NCBI GenBank assembly: GCA_009924895.1 | Contig: RFQR01000004.1 | Location: 16,328 to 80,327 of the forward strand | Length of the DNA stretch: 64,000 nt | Direction: 5' to 3' | Origin: a bacterium | Lineage (GTDB): Bacteria; Patescibacteriota; Minisyncoccia; Phycocordibacterales; UBA2100 | Shown here: positions 38,850 through 50,100 of the stretch, in pieces | How positions within the stretch are numbered: position 1 is the first letter of the stretch | How the letters are laid out: each line of letters opens with the position of its first letter | Translations under genes and position numbers: made by a program | Notes under the pieces: generated by a model | Database searches by the model: none | Told to the model about the DNA's origin: nothing | The model's input: the letters and a program-made list of their open reading frames with translations, nothing else

Positions 38850-39110
38850 TTACACATCAAAGTGAGGAACGGGGAGGATTTTTGTTTCATACATTCCGCT
38901 GTCTTTAGGTTCTTTTTCCTTGTCTTTTTTCTTGTCTTTTTCCTTTGGATCTTTTGACTCACCTGCTTCTGTAGAGTCAATATCGATTGAAAACTCTACT
39001 TTTTTTCCGCAGCAGTTGGAACGTATATGTTTATGATTGATGGCACTATATATAATTCCGACAAGGGATATAAATAGACCCGTTCCACCAAGGGCGGCAC
39101 CTGTGTCCAT
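38850..39110 (-). CDS. Small membrane protein with Lys/Asp/Glu-rich tail (86 aa)
   Basis: TM LFISLVGIIYSAI, then KDPKEKDKKKDKEKEPKD. Confidence 0.4.
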   Translation of the reverse strand: MDTGAALGGTGLFISLVGIIYSAINHKHIRSNCCGKKVEFSIDIDSTEAGESKDPKEKDKKKDKEKEPKDSGMYETKILPVPHFDV

Positions 39111-39205
39111 GGTATTCTATTATACCGCTTAATATTTTTTAACTTTGATACTTCCCGGTATCACGGTATTTTTTAGACTCTCAAAAGAAACTGTATTCGA
39201 TAGGA

Positions 39206-39817
39206 ATGACGGATCTCTCAGGCACGGGTGCAAAAGGATTCGTATTTGAAGAATTGATGGACATTACTTTGCGAAAACTTATCCAACCGTTCGCTTCAAA
39301 GGGTGTTTCCACGCGTCTTCTCAATGAACAACAGATTCGTGATGAGTTTGGGGAACAATCCTTGAATGGCGTGGATCATTTCTTTCTGTTGGAGAAGGCC
39401 GAGCCAGTGCTTTTCTTGATACAGGAAAAATGGAAGTTCGTGACGAATCAGCGCGAAGTCAGCCAGTTTCTTGATTGTTGTGCGCGAATTTTGGCGCGCA
39501 TGCCGGATTTTAAGGGGCGTGTTATACGCATCTGGGTAACCCGAACACAGCCCACCGCGAATGGAGAGAAATCCTTGAGCGAAGGAGGCGCGTATGTGGT
39601 TCAAACCAGCACAAGCATGTCCTTTTTAGCTCAGATGACGGGGCAGTTTATATGCGAACTATTGGGGGATAGAAGTATATGCACTGATATGATTGCGACG
39701 ATGCCGAATCTTCTCTCGGGAGATACTCCGTTGGAGCCTCTCACAAAAGAACATCAAGAAAAAGCGGTGGGAAGTATACATTCTGCAAAAATCAAAGTGT
39801 GTGTTGTGAAAGCTTAG
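39206..39817 (+). CDS. Hypothetical protein (203 aa); possible PD-(D/E)xK-like nuclease
   Basis: GVDHFFLLEKAEPVLFLIQEKW has a D...E.K arrangement. Weak. Confidence 0.5.
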   Translation: MTDLSGTGAKGFVFEELMDITLRKLIQPFASKGVSTRLLNEQQIRDEFGEQSLNGVDHFFLLEKAEPVLFLIQEKWKFVTNQREVSQFLDCCARILARMPDFKGRVIRIWVTRTQPTANGEKSLSEGGAYVVQTSTSMSFLAQMTGQFICELLGDRSICTDMIATMPNLLSGDTPLEPLTKEHQEKAVGSIHSAKIKVCVVKA

Positions 39818-40009
39818 CGCCGCCGCCTCGTTCCAGCCTTCTGATTTGGAGCAGGTGCAGGCACAGGGGCAGGAGCAGGGGCAGGAGCAGGAGCAGGTGC
39901 CTTTTTCTTATGGTGTCTCCTCTTCTTGTGTGTGAATACACCCTTCACACTCGACACGAGTTCGTTAAACGCTCCCTGTACCTTTTTCATAAAAGATTGT
40001 GCCATTCTA

Positions 40010-41098
40010 TTATTGGCGTGAGAAATAATCATCAAGCGCCTTATCAAAAGCGTCCATTTTTGTTTCCACGGCCTCCCCTTTTTTCAACTTTGACACTTTT
40101 CCGCGAGAACGGAATGCCTTTAGAATGGCAGGAAGTGATTTAGGAGGGTCATATGCAATGACTTCGCGAAAAAACTTGGGAACTTGTCGAATAGCTTGTG
40201 ACATTGCAACCGGGTCTTTAATGAGAGGGGGGGCTGCGGGAACTTTCCAACGGGGTACTTCACACAGAATTTGCGTAAGGATTGTTAAAATCTGTTTTCG
40301 TGCGCTACCCTGAATGTGTGTATCACCTGCTTTCCACATATGGAGAATACATTGAAACTCTTCATGCATCCGGACGAGTTGTTTGTCGGCAAGTTCTTTA
40401 TACATTTCCGCATACAGTGCCATAATGAAAAATCCGACACCCCCTTTTTGTTTTGAACCGGGGGATGCGCGATCATACGTGCTAAGAGATGCACCTTTGA
40501 TTTCTTTTTTTAACTTTGCCTCTTCTTCAAAAAACCATTTTATCCAAAAAAGGGCGCGTTCGAGTGAGCCATCCGTAATAGCCTTACATAACTCGGCGCC
40601 TCCTGTGCGTAATAAAGGAGAGTCTCCTTCCGCCTTCCATACCTTATTCAAGACTGCTGTCGGAGTAGCGGCGGCAACAGCTCGTATCCAACCTTCGAGA
40701 TGTGTTTCTACACCCACCTTTGGCCATGTAACCAATGTTCGTGTCGGTGCATCTCGCACAACTAATACAATCTCTCCAATGCGTATTTGAAACTCTTCGG
40801 ACGTATAGGCCTGTTCATCCGGAATGCGCTTTAATATATCATGTATTTCTTCAATGCGCTTTTTTAAGTATACAAATATGCGAGGAGATGCAATACCAAT
40901 ATGGGAAAATGCAAAATCCCATATGGCCCTCACAAATACGTCTATGCCACCGCTCGTCACAATATCTGCAGCGAAATGAAGTGCTCGACCGGTGCTTACG
41001 GCACCTGCTTGTCCGAGGGAACTTTCAAGCGCGCGAAGAGCCTCGTGTGGTTCATATCCACATCGTGTGCGAGGTTTTTCTTCTTCCTCGGTATTCAT
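40010..41098 (-). CDS. Hypothetical protein (362 aa)
   Basis: ORF only. Confidence 0.6.
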   Translation of the reverse strand: MNTEEEEKPRTRCGYEPHEALRALESSLGQAGAVSTGRALHFAADIVTSGGIDVFVRAIWDFAFSHIGIASPRIFVYLKKRIEEIHDILKRIPDEQAYTSEEFQIRIGEIVLVVRDAPTRTLVTWPKVGVETHLEGWIRAVAAATPTAVLNKVWKAEGDSPLLRTGGAELCKAITDGSLERALFWIKWFFEEEAKLKKEIKGASLSTYDRASPGSKQKGGVGFFIMALYAEMYKELADKQLVRMHEEFQCILHMWKAGDTHIQGSARKQILTILTQILCEVPRWKVPAAPPLIKDPVAMSQAIRQVPKFFREVIAYDPPKSLPAILKAFRSRGKVSKLKKGEAVETKMDAFDKALDDYFSRQ

Positions 41099-41287
41099 TG
41101 GTATTTAGGGCCAACAATCTTTTTTCCAAAATTCTTACGACTGGTGCGTGGGATCAGACCTTTTGCCTTTAAAGAAGCTACCCCCGTGAAGCCTATTGAT
41201 TCGCCCCGTCTCCAACGCCGAAGCATGGCCCGATTTTTCCTAGTAGCCCGATATCCTCTGCGCGTATTCATTCTGTTATACGATTAG

Positions 41288-41728
41288 ATGAGTCGTGGGA
41301 CACGGAAATATTATGCCGGATTATCAAAGAAGCAGGCCACCCGCAGAAGGGGCGAAATCGCGCATAGAAAAACCATGGATTGGCGGGATCCGGCTGCGTA
41401 TATTCCATTTGGAACGGATACGGGGGTGAAAACGCGGCAGTCAGGGTATACGGCCAAATGGAAGCGAAAGTTTCCAGGCGCAAAGTCATTGGATGAAAAG
41501 GCTGCCGCGACGGGGGTGCCTTTGAAATATATTCGCGAATCCTATAATCGCGGAATGGCTGCCTGGCGCACGGGTCATCGACCAGGCGCCACACAACAAC
41601 AATGGGGATATGCGCGTGTGCATTCGTTTCTTCTATGCGGAAAGACGTATCATACAACCGATTCCGATATTGCATCGGAGGCGAAGAAATCTTCCAAAGG
41701 GGCGAGAGATTGGTTTACCAGGTGCTAA
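41288..41728 (+). CDS. Hypothetical conserved-looking protein (146 aa)
   Basis: Distinctive block PLKYIRESYNRGMAAWRTGHRPGATQQQWGYARVHSFLL. Family not identified. Confidence 0.5.
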   Translation: MSRGTRKYYAGLSKKQATRRRGEIAHRKTMDWRDPAAYIPFGTDTGVKTRQSGYTAKWKRKFPGAKSLDEKAAATGVPLKYIRESYNRGMAAWRTGHRPGATQQQWGYARVHSFLLCGKTYHTTDSDIASEAKKSSKGARDWFTRC

Positions 41729-44700
41729 AATCGGATAATGGGGAGTTCTTGAAACCGCGCGTGCGGAACGGGATAACTTACCCGTGTTCTATCGTGCACT
41801 GTTGTCCAGTATACACCATTTTGAGAGCTTTCTAGTTTCCATCGAACCGGGTCACCTTCAATTCCATTGTCAGGATTTGCAGTTGTCCACGTAAAACCGT
41901 CCATGAGCACTGCATATGGAAATGCAAATACGAGTGCCTTTTTATTCATATCCGACCATCCCTTTCGGTAGCCATCCCCGTTCACATCTTGTATATCTCC
42001 AACCCAAGTCCCCAAGGGATTTGTCACTTTGGCATTGCGTATATCGATTTCCTGATTCCCCAAGAAGAAACGAAACTTTGATATATGGACGCTTGGATGA
42101 TCAGGGGAGCGGGTTTTAATGGGTCGAAAACGGATATATTTATAACTATTTCCCTTGTTTGTATGGGTATGAACAACCGCGTCTGCTTGACGAAGGGGCT
42201 CGTCATACATAATGTTTAGATCCCCCCCTTTGTTGCGTATTCTATCGAGGCCAAAGGAGGGTGTATCTAAGGGAAATGTGGATTCTGTTATTTGGATGGG
42301 TGCGCCATAGTTCGTAAATGCCTCTTTATTCGGATTTACATAGGGATTGGAAGTATCTGAAACGGTTGTTGGCATTTTCACAGAATCAAACGATACAGGT
42401 ATATTCCAAGATGATTCAGAAAAGGGTATTACAGCTGTATCATTCGTTTGCATGGGCTTGATAGCATAGCAAGTGGCCCCTGCTAGACCGTTGGATATGG
42501 GTTGTTTGTTGACTCCTGGAGAACCAGTGCCACAGTCCGTTGTGACAGGAAAATATCCAAAGGATTTTATTCGAATACTAGATGTTTGTTTATCGAGCCT
42601 TCCTAAAGAAGATGAACTAGACGTGAGTGTTAAAGAATCTCCATCAAACCCACCATCTGAAAATAATGTTACTTCTAAACCGGTGGGCACATCTACTTTA
42701 TACACCCCGTCGTTTATAATTCCAGATGTTTTCATTGGATCTATACCATACTCCCCTGCCCCTAATGAAACTATGGGTCCTTCTGTTCCATCTGGGTTTT
42801 TACTGAAAAAGGTTGCCACAGTGCCCGAAATCCATCCAGGAGAGCACCAGTGTGCCCCCGCGTTTTGAGCTGCTACAAGTTGATCATATGTCGCAAGCCC
42901 TCCACCGTATGTGCTACATATATTTGCCGCATCTTTTTGCGAAGAACTAGTTTTAACATGAAATACTTCAAATGCCCTATTTCCTGTAGATATTGTATTT
43001 ATATTTCGGAGAAGATCATCTGGGGGTTGCGGAAGAATAGGGAACATGTTCACAGCATCAAATGCGCATTCCGCAAGTTTGGAGGGTTGCATTGTGAAAC
43101 GCATTCCGCTTGTGGTAGATGAACTAACATTATATGTATTTCCAGAAGGTATCAGTGTATCTTCTTGATATGTAATATCACATGTATTTGCGTCAAGGGT
43201 TCCAACACGTGTGATGGTATTTATTTGTTTTTTGTGCAGATTTTTACTTGTGTAATAGCGTATCATTTCATTTAGAACAGCGGTGTCTTTACAGGATGTA
43301 GTTGGACATGATCCTAAAAATCCAATCGCACCTGCAGAGGAAAGTGTATTTTTTCGAAAATCAGGAAGAATCGCGGCAGTAGAAGAAGTTACTGCCGATA
43401 TATTGGAAGAGAGACTATTCATCATGCTAGATAAAGTTGTTTCAACACCCGTTTTAATTTGGGACGCATATTCCATTGGTTTATAAAGTTGGGGTATATT
43501 GTCTTGAATAAATGTGCCGCCGCCTTTTGTAGAATCTTTTGCAGTATCATATTGAATACTACAGTCGGATATATTCGTATGAACATATGTGGAGAGTTTA
43601 ACACCCTTTATCACTCCAGAGGGGAGCGGAGTCGTCACAGGGACTTCTGCACCTGATTTATTATATGAGAAAGAGCCCTTTTTTACCATGACTCCTTTTG
43701 CATTTGCAATCGTAGAATCATAATTTATATCTGCTTCTATATCACATTGATACTTATTTGCTGTAACCGCGCGAGTGATTCGTAAAATGGACCCAGGAAC
43801 AGTTGGATCATTGTTATATTGGTCTGCTATACGAAATAGAACATCCAAATCTTCACATGTTGTTTTATTTCTACATCCTCCACTTGCATTATCTAAATAG
43901 TTGTTGGTAGGCACGGGTTTTGGAAATATGAAAGGAGTATCCCATATACCCATATCGTTTGGCTTAGGCATAAACGCAAATCCAGAAATATCAAATACTG
44001 CATCATCGGAACCCCATAGACCTTTATCTATTGTATATGGGAACTTCGCTGCTCGTGAAATAGATGGTTGGGGTTTATTTGCTACATCATCCCATGGTAT
44101 TTCATCCCATATTATATCGCATTGCATATTATTAAAATAACTAGTTCTTGCAGATCGAATCTTGTCTATACGCAATGTATATTTCTTTATATTCACATCG
44201 GGTGCCTTATTCCCTCCTACATCTATAGTATTTGTTAACTTAATATCTCCTGCGTCTACAGCATCTATATAGTCATTCATTATGCGACGAAGAGTATCAC
44301 GATCATTGCATGCAAATCCGATATTTGTATTGTATGTATATTGTATGGTTGGAGCATAGTTAACATTTCCTGATATTGCGCTATTTGTTTCTTTCGGGCC
44401 ACAATTGAATTCAGAAAGAAAAGATGTGACGCAACGTGAATCCATTGAAAATCCAGAAATACTAAACGTTCCATTCGATGTATCATATGTGTAGAAGAAA
44501 CGACCCACGACTCCTTGAATAGGAGGAAGAACTGCCGCAGCAAGTTGTTCTTCTAGTTTTGCCACATTTGATTCATATGAGTTTCGTGCCTGATCGAGTA
44601 TATCTTGGGACATTTGTGTCGACTTCTGAATATTTGTATACTTGTCTTTTATTTCTTTAATTCTATTTTGTATATCTGTCGTATCGGATTGCTTTTGAAG

Positions 44701-46197
44701 ATCAAATCGCAGGTCTAGAATTGTATCTCCTATGGTTGAAATGTGAATTATAGTACTCATAATATATTTGCCATTCATAGATTCATAGAACGATTGTGCA
44801 ATAGAATCTAACATAGCCTTGTTGTTAATATCGAGCCCTATTCGTTGGCCATTTACCGTGGGTATCATAAACTTAAGGGTATTGACGGATTTTTCTAAAA
44901 GAGATGAATCATTTATATATTTTTGTTTCATAATACGGATCGTGCGGGAATAAATCCACTGTATTATGAATGTGCGCGCCGCATATGGAAGTAATCCAAG
45001 CATATCGTTTGTAAATAGGGTAGAACAATGCCCATTGTTGAATGATTTATTTTCCTCTGATACAACTGTTTTATAATCGGTCCCTTGTACGGACTGTATC
45101 AACTCTGTGCGACAAAAGTGTTCCTGACCTGTGCTTGAACGAATATACGGCTGTAAATCATCATATCGTATATTTATGAATTTATCTATATCATCTGTTG
45201 CGCCCAGAAATATTTTCTTACATAGATCTATACTTCCTTTCATTTGATTCATGGCCGTATCCGTGATTGTGCCAACATAATGGATATTACAATTCATGTT
45301 TTGCAGTTGGTTTACATCATATCCTCCGAGTTCATATAGGAGATTTATAGGAGATGTTATAACGAGGGTGGAATAGAGACTACTATTTGCCATATCAGGG
45401 CGTGCCTGTATCCAAGAGCTTGGAACGCGTAAATCCGAGGCGGCCGAACCATGATTCTCTATGACGTATTCATATACTCTTTCAAGGTCAATAAAAGGGA
45501 AACTGTTTGTAGAAATATTTGACGAACCATTGAAGGATATAACTAACGGCGAAATAGGATATACAACACCATCTACTGGCGAAGGTGTTAGGTTTATAAA
45601 GTTGGGAAATGTGACACTTTGCGTAATATCGGTAGATAAATAACTTTGGGAGTCCACAACCTGTCCCTGAGCATCCACTATGACGGCGTTCATACCTGCG
45701 ATACCACTTAACATTATATTATCCGAATCTCCTCTTCCTGTAAATATCACTTCCGATATTTGATATGTATTACCGAGATCCACCTGCCAATATGCATTTG
45801 AATAGTTTAAACCGGCTTGCCATGTCTTATTTAATCCTATTCTAGGAGTTGTTACACCATCTACTGTGACGGATATATCCGCAGAACCTGAAAAGTTAGC
45901 AGGGTTTACATTCGTTGAAACAGGTTTTTGTAATGCTAGATTTGTTCCATTCATATCTAGCACTTGAATTTGTGATATTCTCAAATATCCGTCACCGTTC
46001 ATCGGTGTATATATACGAACATATCGACCTAATGTAGTTTTTAAAGATTTTAAATAGGATTCCATATCAACATAGTTAAGAAAGCCGTCTGCCAAGGAGC
46101 CCCTGTTTGGTTTAGATATATGCCCACTTTGATGTATAATATATACGAGTAATAAGATAATTCCTATCCCTAACAGGGTGTAGATTATCCAGCCCAT
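41725..46197 (-). CDS. Giant type-II membrane protein (1490 aa) with F5/8 type C (discoidin)-like carbohydrate-binding domains
   Basis: N-terminal TM IYTLLGIGIILLLVYII. AYWQVDLGNTYQISEVIFTGRGD is the discoidin hallmark. A second galactose-binding-like domain sits at the C-terminus. Confidence 0.8.
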   Translation of the reverse strand: MGWIIYTLLGIGIILLLVYIIHQSGHISKPNRGSLADGFLNYVDMESYLKSLKTTLGRYVRIYTPMNGDGYLRISQIQVLDMNGTNLALQKPVSTNVNPANFSGSADISVTVDGVTTPRIGLNKTWQAGLNYSNAYWQVDLGNTYQISEVIFTGRGDSDNIMLSGIAGMNAVIVDAQGQVVDSQSYLSTDITQSVTFPNFINLTPSPVDGVVYPISPLVISFNGSSNISTNSFPFIDLERVYEYVIENHGSAASDLRVPSSWIQARPDMANSSLYSTLVITSPINLLYELGGYDVNQLQNMNCNIHYVGTITDTAMNQMKGSIDLCKKIFLGATDDIDKFINIRYDDLQPYIRSSTGQEHFCRTELIQSVQGTDYKTVVSEENKSFNNGHCSTLFTNDMLGLLPYAARTFIIQWIYSRTIRIMKQKYINDSSLLEKSVNTLKFMIPTVNGQRIGLDINNKAMLDSIAQSFYESMNGKYIMSTIIHISTIGDTILDLRFDLQKQSDTTDIQNRIKEIKDKYTNIQKSTQMSQDILDQARNSYESNVAKLEEQLAAAVLPPIQGVVGRFFYTYDTSNGTFSISGFSMDSRCVTSFLSEFNCGPKETNSAISGNVNYAPTIQYTYNTNIGFACNDRDTLRRIMNDYIDAVDAGDIKLTNTIDVGGNKAPDVNIKKYTLRIDKIRSARTSYFNNMQCDIIWDEIPWDDVANKPQPSISRAAKFPYTIDKGLWGSDDAVFDISGFAFMPKPNDMGIWDTPFIFPKPVPTNNYLDNASGGCRNKTTCEDLDVLFRIADQYNNDPTVPGSILRITRAVTANKYQCDIEADINYDSTIANAKGVMVKKGSFSYNKSGAEVPVTTPLPSGVIKGVKLSTYVHTNISDCSIQYDTAKDSTKGGGTFIQDNIPQLYKPMEYASQIKTGVETTLSSMMNSLSSNISAVTSSTAAILPDFRKNTLSSAGAIGFLGSCPTTSCKDTAVLNEMIRYYTSKNLHKKQINTITRVGTLDANTCDITYQEDTLIPSGNTYNVSSSTTSGMRFTMQPSKLAECAFDAVNMFPILPQPPDDLLRNINTISTGNRAFEVFHVKTSSSQKDAANICSTYGGGLATYDQLVAAQNAGAHWCSPGWISGTVATFFSKNPDGTEGPIVSLGAGEYGIDPMKTSGIINDGVYKVDVPTGLEVTLFSDGGFDGDSLTLTSSSSSLGRLDKQTSSIRIKSFGYFPVTTDCGTGSPGVNKQPISNGLAGATCYAIKPMQTNDTAVIPFSESSWNIPVSFDSVKMPTTVSDTSNPYVNPNKEAFTNYGAPIQITESTFPLDTPSFGLDRIRNKGGDLNIMYDEPLRQADAVVHTHTNKGNSYKYIRFRPIKTRSPDHPSVHISKFRFFLGNQEIDIRNAKVTNPLGTWVGDIQDVNGDGYRKGWSDMNKKALVFAFPYAVLMDGFTWTTANPDNGIEGDPVRWKLESSQNGVYWTTVHDRTRVSYPVPHARFQELPIIRF

Positions 46198-46233
46198 TCT
46201 ATCTTGATTCCTTATTTTTGATATGTGCCTTCT

Positions 46234-47178
46234 TTACGTAATCAAGTTTGATTTCATATTTTGTAAAAGTTTTGTAATATTTATAAGTCTATCGGATGTT
46301 GTTTGTAAGGTTGTATTTACACTATCACCGGATATGATAGATTTTGTGATAAACTGTATTATATCCGGAGATATATAATAGGGAGATAGCTGACGCACTT
46401 TTGATAGTAGGGTCGATGTATCTACACCCACCATTGTTGCATCAAACTTCAAACTATCGGCTGGGTCGCAGCGTAAGAGTGAATATACAGTATTAATCGT
46501 ATATAAGTTGGAAGATAGATCTACTTCTTTCGTAAAAAGGCTCGCATTCATGTCATCATATTTTCCTGGAAGTGGAAACATCTTTTTTGTTTGTGTAGCA
46601 AGATTTATACAGGCAGTAGATAATGATTTGGGATTACATTGGGTTTTGAGCATAACTTGATAGTTCATATTCTCATCTTGCATGGCGGCGGCAGACTGTA
46701 TATGCTTCGATGCACCCGTTGACATATAGTTTAGGGAACTTAGTTTGGATAGATACATATCGCGCAAACTTTTCAGGGCATTGCACGATTGTGCTCGCGG
46801 ATTGTCTGTCCAGCTATTCTTTGTATTTTGATCATACAAGTTGACACTCATTTCACTTTGAAGTTGGTCGTAGTTTGTAAAAAGTGCATTTCTAGCCGCA
46901 GATACATCGTAGTTATATCGCGCCAGTGCGTATATAGATATATAGAGGGGGAAGCTAAGGGGCATCGTATCCTTTGAATTTGTTGGGTCTGGATTACTTA
47001 CGCGTTGAATCTGTGCGGATGTTGTAGGCGTATCCTTATTCTTTACAATATCCCAAAATCTAGCAGGTGTGTCTGAGGACATCGTATTAAATCCCTCGGA
47101 TATGCTGAATATATGTAATAAGAGTATGGCTATACTAAACATAGCGAATATGTATATATATGGATATATCTTTCGCAT
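46234..47178 (-). CDS. Membrane-anchored hypothetical protein (314 aa)
   Basis: N-terminal TM YIYIFAMFSIAILLLHIF. Confidence 0.6.
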   Translation of the reverse strand: MRKIYPYIYIFAMFSIAILLLHIFSISEGFNTMSSDTPARFWDIVKNKDTPTTSAQIQRVSNPDPTNSKDTMPLSFPLYISIYALARYNYDVSAARNALFTNYDQLQSEMSVNLYDQNTKNSWTDNPRAQSCNALKSLRDMYLSKLSSLNYMSTGASKHIQSAAAMQDENMNYQVMLKTQCNPKSLSTACINLATQTKKMFPLPGKYDDMNASLFTKEVDLSSNLYTINTVYSLLRCDPADSLKFDATMVGVDTSTLLSKVRQLSPYYISPDIIQFITKSIISGDSVNTTLQTTSDRLINITKLLQNMKSNLIT

Positions 47179-47191
47179 AGCTCCTATGTTC

Positions 47192-50100
47192 TTAGGATAT
47201 TTTTTGTAATACTTCGTTCACTTTATTACTTGGTTTTGCAGTATTATAAGAGAATAAGGACGGGGTTATTCGCTCCACCCCTTCTACAAAGACAGTTCCA
47301 GCGGTAGTTATGGATACTGTATCGGGATCAAACTCTATTACTTCTTTTAAACTGTTTGTATCACATGCATCTGAAAAAGATGCTGTCAGATATGTGCTAA
47401 TACCTGTATTTATTGAAGAGTTGCTTGCAATAGACGATTTCTTCGTAACATCCTTCATAATCATATATTCACACATAGAGGGAGTTCTTGCAAAACTTTG
47501 TTGTATTGCGGTAAGGGTTTGCAGTGTCGTATTTACACTCGTATCATAGGACGATGTCTTACTGGATTGCTTGGAATCAAATGCCCTTTTAATACTTGAG
47601 ACTACATTTGGGTCGCGACAGTTTATTTGACACTGTGGGTTTGTATAGGGTGTATCCAAAGAACTACTAGATGTTAGCCCATATGCATTATTGCTTATAT
47701 CGGTATATGAGGATATACTTATGAGATTGCGTATAGCTGTAGGTGTTAAGGGTGTAGCACACACGGATCCTGCATTGTTTATATTTATTTTAAATCGTTT
47801 TGCAAGTGTATTTGTTTGAGTTACAATGGGATTATATAAAATATCATCATATGCATTATATAACTCTGAAAATAATACATCACATGTAGCATCGATATTA
47901 CTTGGGGGAGCCCATTCATACTTCTTCGTTTTTGTAGTGCCGATTGCAGAAATTTGTGACATTGTACGAGTTGTCTTTATAGTTTCATTGGACGCGGGTG
48001 TCGTGCTTGCATTGTAATATTCCATAATCATATTCATTACAGTTGGATTATTGCATTTTAGTTGCTTTATTGCTTGCGCCCCATATACCGAACATGCTTC
48101 TAAGAATACTTGTGATGCGCCAACGGTGTTCGTTAGATTTATGACAGTGGTCTCTGCTTTATTTACATTTTCGTCGAGGGCTTTCGTAGGATTTGAATCT
48201 ATGATCGGTTTGACAACGGATGATAGCATATTCATAATCTTATCCCCTATCGTATTAAATGTTAGTATACCGCCTACTGTATCTACTGATTGGAGATAGG
48301 GTGTATTTTCTTGAATAAAAGTTGAATCATAGCTATAGTTACTAAAACTATACGAGCAGTTGGGAAATGTCAATCGGATGGCATTCGGCGTGCTTATATT
48401 GGGAAGATTTGTTTGCCATATAGGAGTTGCATTTATATCATTGTCTACTAAGACTTGCATATATGTTTTTGAAATATTTGTAAGGGGGGCATCGAGTCCT
48501 GGGCAATAGTCAATAGCATTGATTGGATATACTGCGCCCAAATCAATTTCAATATATTCATTAGATTGTGTATTATTTCCTAGTTCCCAATAGTCTCCTG
48601 CATTGCGAGGCCCCGTATATCCATCCACGATTGTATCAGGTGTGCTTGCTCTATATTTTTTAGATGTAGCAAAAACAGGTTTGTTTAATGCAATATTCAC
48701 ACTATTGGACCACACAACAATCTGCGAAACTGCAAGGTATCCTGGGCCTCCATTTGCTGCAGGAGTCATACGCACATATCTTCCATATGCGATACCGTTA
48801 TCAGATGTTCTATCTGTTACACCTACCTGTGCTGAAACTATGTCTCTACCCACTGTTGTTTTTCCATTACCTACATCTCGAAGCATTTCTACGTCATAGT
48901 CGCACCTATCTGTGGAACGTGTAACAGCACGCAACACCTTTAGAATCTGGTTTGTGTTGTTACTATTAAACTGTTGTATAAATGTATCGATTTGTCGTTT
49001 GTCTTGGCAGCGGGCGGGACAGCTACCTAATGTAGTTTCGATTGGTAAAGCACGAGGCACTACAAACGGGGCTTTGGGCACATTAAACTGATTTATCACT
49101 TGATCCGTGAAGTCGACATATTGTATATAATCTTGATTTGAAGTTGCCTTTTCCGCCACTTGTGCCCCGTTTGCATCCAATATTTGGATTCGAATCCCTG
49201 CGTTACGGGATGTATTAGGGGAATCTAACATTCCATATATATATACAGTATTAATCAACTGAAGATATCCTAAATCTATATCCACATACTCATCTTGCCC
49301 ATTCATTTGAAATATATTTTCTACTCCATTTAACACAGCGATTGTTCCATCCACGATTTTAGTAGGCCCTTTTCCGCCATTTGAACTGGTAGATCTCGCA
49401 TATTTATTCAACGCGGCGTTTTTACCTACGCTATTATATACAACTACTTGCGATAACTGTAGTATTCTATCATTTGCTGTAAGAGATGGTCTTATACGAA
49501 TATAACGACCCTGTATTTTGGGAACTGATAAAGTTCTTCGCGTAGGATATATTGTTTCCTGTGTTAAAGGGTCTGTATAGGAACGGAGTGGATATTGGTT
49601 CCAATCTTGTGAAAAGTCGTCTGTTGGGGCCCATACACATGTGCTTTTATCTTTTATCTCGTATCTTCTTACAACTTCTTCAAACTGTATATCTGTGCCC
49701 TCTACATTTCTAGATGGATCATACGATACACTTGTCCATTTATAATAACATCCATTCTTTCCACGTGGTTCAATACCTAATACTGTTTTAATATGTTTAT
49801 TTCGCAAGGTTTGATACCGATTTATAGTATCGCGCAATACAAACTCATTGGTGCACAATAACTCCGTTGTTATGACTTTTTCACAAAATGAAAAACTAGG
49901 AACATATCCGCTTTTATCCGCGGCCCTTTTCTCGTATATAGGTCCGTGATTAATCGTATAGTAATCATTATTTGTGGCGACGAATAATCCATCTTTTGGA
50001 TTGCCTACGATTTGATGTTCAACGGATTTTCCTAAAGAGACGGATACTGCATGGGCTCTATCATATGCATCTGTCACTGCTTGTCCTGCCATACCTCCTG

